32,000 nt of DNA from Candidatus Micrarchaeota archaeon (lineage in GTDB: Archaea > Micrarchaeota > Micrarchaeia > Micrarchaeales > Micrarchaeaceae). Below, in pieces: positions 30,886 through 32,000 of the stretch (positions are counted from its first letter, which is position 1; every line of letters begins with the position of its first letter). The notes under the pieces were generated by a model. That model was not told where the DNA came from and ran no database searches. It saw only the letters and a program-made list of their open reading frames with translations. The stretch is from assembly GCA_028866775.1 (NCBI GenBank), contig JAGWHK010000001.1:14007-46006 (forward strand), in the 5' to 3' direction. The translations under genes were made by a program, and so were the position numbers.

Positions 30886-31808
30886 TATCCAACACCATAA
30901 TACTTCTTGGCCCTCTCTATCCCCTCCTCCACGCTAATGAACTTGTAATCTCCGATCGCCTTCAATGTCTTTTTCATTCCCCCTCTAGTGAGAAGAGGAT
31001 AGTAGCTATTGGGGTTCTTGACATGCTTCGATTCGCCACCGACCAATTCGGCGAGCCTGTTGAAGTTTGTGGCAATTCCGGTGCCCACATTGTACACTCC
31101 GTCATCTGCTTTTTCCATGAGCCTTATGATTATGCTGGCGCAGTCGGTTATGTAGATGAAATCCTTTGCCTGCTTGCCGTCCCCATATATCTCTATCGTC
31201 TTGCCCGCCCTCTTCTGCAGTATCATTTGGGTCGGGGCGCATGCCGATCCGCCCTTTTCCATCTCTCCCTCCCCAAACGCGTTCATGATCCGAATCCCTA
31301 TGTTTGTCATCCCATACGCATCATGATAGGACTGGGCTATTATCTCATTCACCATCTTTGACTTCCCGTAATGGTTCTGCTCCTCCCCGTAGAATACCCG
31401 GTCCTCTTCAGTCATCATTACCTTGTTGGTCCCGGTTTCCAGCCTGTGATAATATCTCCCATAGACTGCGGAGCTGCTTGCGTAGACGAACTTCTTCACT
31501 TTAAGCCTATGCGCTATTTCCATCAGCTCCAGAAATGCAGTTATATTCGACGTATAGTTTCCATAGAGGTCCTTTTCGAACACCCTCTGCGGCGTGCATT
31601 CTGCCGCTAGATGTATTATGTACTCGCATCCTTCGACGTCCTTTGAGACGACATCCTTTATGTCCTTCTTTATGAAAAGGTCTGGTTTCTTGCTGATGTC
31701 GACAGGCTCGTTCCGGTCTAGGCCCACCACGAAATGGCCGTTCCTTTTCAGCTGGCTTGTGATCTCCTTTCCTACGAAACCGCTGCTTCCAGTAATAAAG
31801 ACTCTCAT
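30885..31808 (-). CDS. NAD-dependent epimerase/dehydratase (extended SDR)
   Basis: MRVFITGSSGFVGKEI (Rossmann GxxGxxG), ASSSAVYG, and YGKSK (the S-Y-K triad). Its stop overlaps the gmhA ATG by 1 nt (TAATG). Confidence 0.85.
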   Translation of the reverse strand: MRVFITGSSGFVGKEITSQLKRNGHFVVGLDRNEPVDISKKPDLFIKKDIKDVVSKDVEGCEYIIHLAAECTPQRVFEKDLYGNYTSNITAFLELMEIAHRLKVKKFVYASSSAVYGRYYHRLETGTNKVMMTEEDRVFYGEEQNHYGKSKMVNEIIAQSYHDAYGMTNIGIRIMNAFGEGEMEKGGSACAPTQMILQKRAGKTIEIYGDGKQAKDFIYITDCASIIIRLMEKADDGVYNVGTGIATNFNRLAELVGGESKHVKNPNSYYPLLTRGGMKKTLKAIGDYKFISVEEGIERAKKYYGVG

Positions 31809-31827
31809 GATACCACTTAGCGTTTTA

Positions 31828-31842
31828 TCATATATTTATAGA
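31828..31842 (-). promoter_or_regulatory. TATA box for the sugar operon
   Basis: The minus strand reads TCTATAAATATATGA, centred ~27 nt upstream of ATG 31808. Confidence 0.45.
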
Positions 31843-31880
31843 TGATGGAATATCCCTTTGCTCGCACCGCCAACCTAGCG

Positions 31881-32000
31881 TCAGCCCTTTCTTGAGATGC
31901 CCGAGGCCTTCCTGATCCTCCCTTCTAGCGATTCGAAGCATTCGGTGCAGATGTGGTATTTCATTACCGTGCCGTTCATTCCAGGAGGAGAAAAGAGCAG
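31881..32000 (-). CDS. 3' end of an unidentified ORF running off the window (or a 32-aa micro-ORF)
   Basis: My translation: ...LLFSPPGMNGTVMKYHICTECFESLEGRIRKASGISRKG*, with no stop in 39 codons and one CxxC. Too short to identify. Confidence 0.25.
   Translation of the reverse strand: MLFSPPGMNGTVMKYHICTECFESLEGRIRKASGISRKG

Noticed and set aside
1-32000. CRISPR arrays, IS elements, rRNA genes, toxin-antitoxin or known defence-system signatures
   Set aside because: I saw none of the following:
- regularly spaced direct repeats
- terminal inverted repeats flanking a transposase-like ORF
- rRNA-like sequence
- recognisable nuclease/ATPase defence pairs

MoxR is a chaperone-type AAA+, and the only repeats found are short operator-like palindromes.

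Overview
Gene-dense chromosomal segment that is clearly archaeal. It carries replication factor C small subunit and RNA polymerase subunit F (Rpo4) followed by the DUF655 gene. A/T-rich TATA boxes are centred roughly 25-35 nt upstream of most start codons, so many transcripts are probably leaderless, and there are oligo-T terminators. Many neighbouring genes overlap by 1-8 nt (ATGA / GTGA / TAATG junctions).

Gene order, left to right:
- orf95-cysD-cysN (sulfate activation) operon, divergent from a ribbon-helix-helix regulator
- Bcp peroxiredoxin
- a heavily sequon-rich anchored surface protein
- rfcS and tRNA-Pro(UGG)
- two orphan genes
- an ABC-2 exporter and a YciI-like protein
- a three-domain CYTH / uridine-kinase-like / CYTH protein
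- a [NiFe]-hydrogenase neighbourhood: hypC, an N-terminally extended hypC paralog, a DMT transporter and an endopeptidase, convergent with the small and large subunits plus orphans
- an HxlR regulator
- nrdD-nrdG-pyrD
- an operon of membrane protein, 2x[4Fe-4S] protein and serine hydrolase
- cysS, a Nudix hydrolase, an ankyrin-repeat protein and a MoxR ATPase
- rpoF and DUF655
- a four-gene heptose-type sugar operon (SDR epimerase, GmhA, transaldolase/FSA, HddA-like GHMP kinase)

I saw no CRISPR array, transposase, integrase, rRNA or obvious prophage.

The most unusual items:
- a stripped-down two-subunit [NiFe]-hydrogenase with a one-cluster tandem-Cys small subunit and no recognisable redox partner
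- the HypC-like domain fused behind a ~100-aa extension
- the CYTH-kinase-CYTH fusion
- the heptose operon in an archaeon with sequon-rich surface proteins

All calls rest on reading motifs by eye. No database search or computation was possible.
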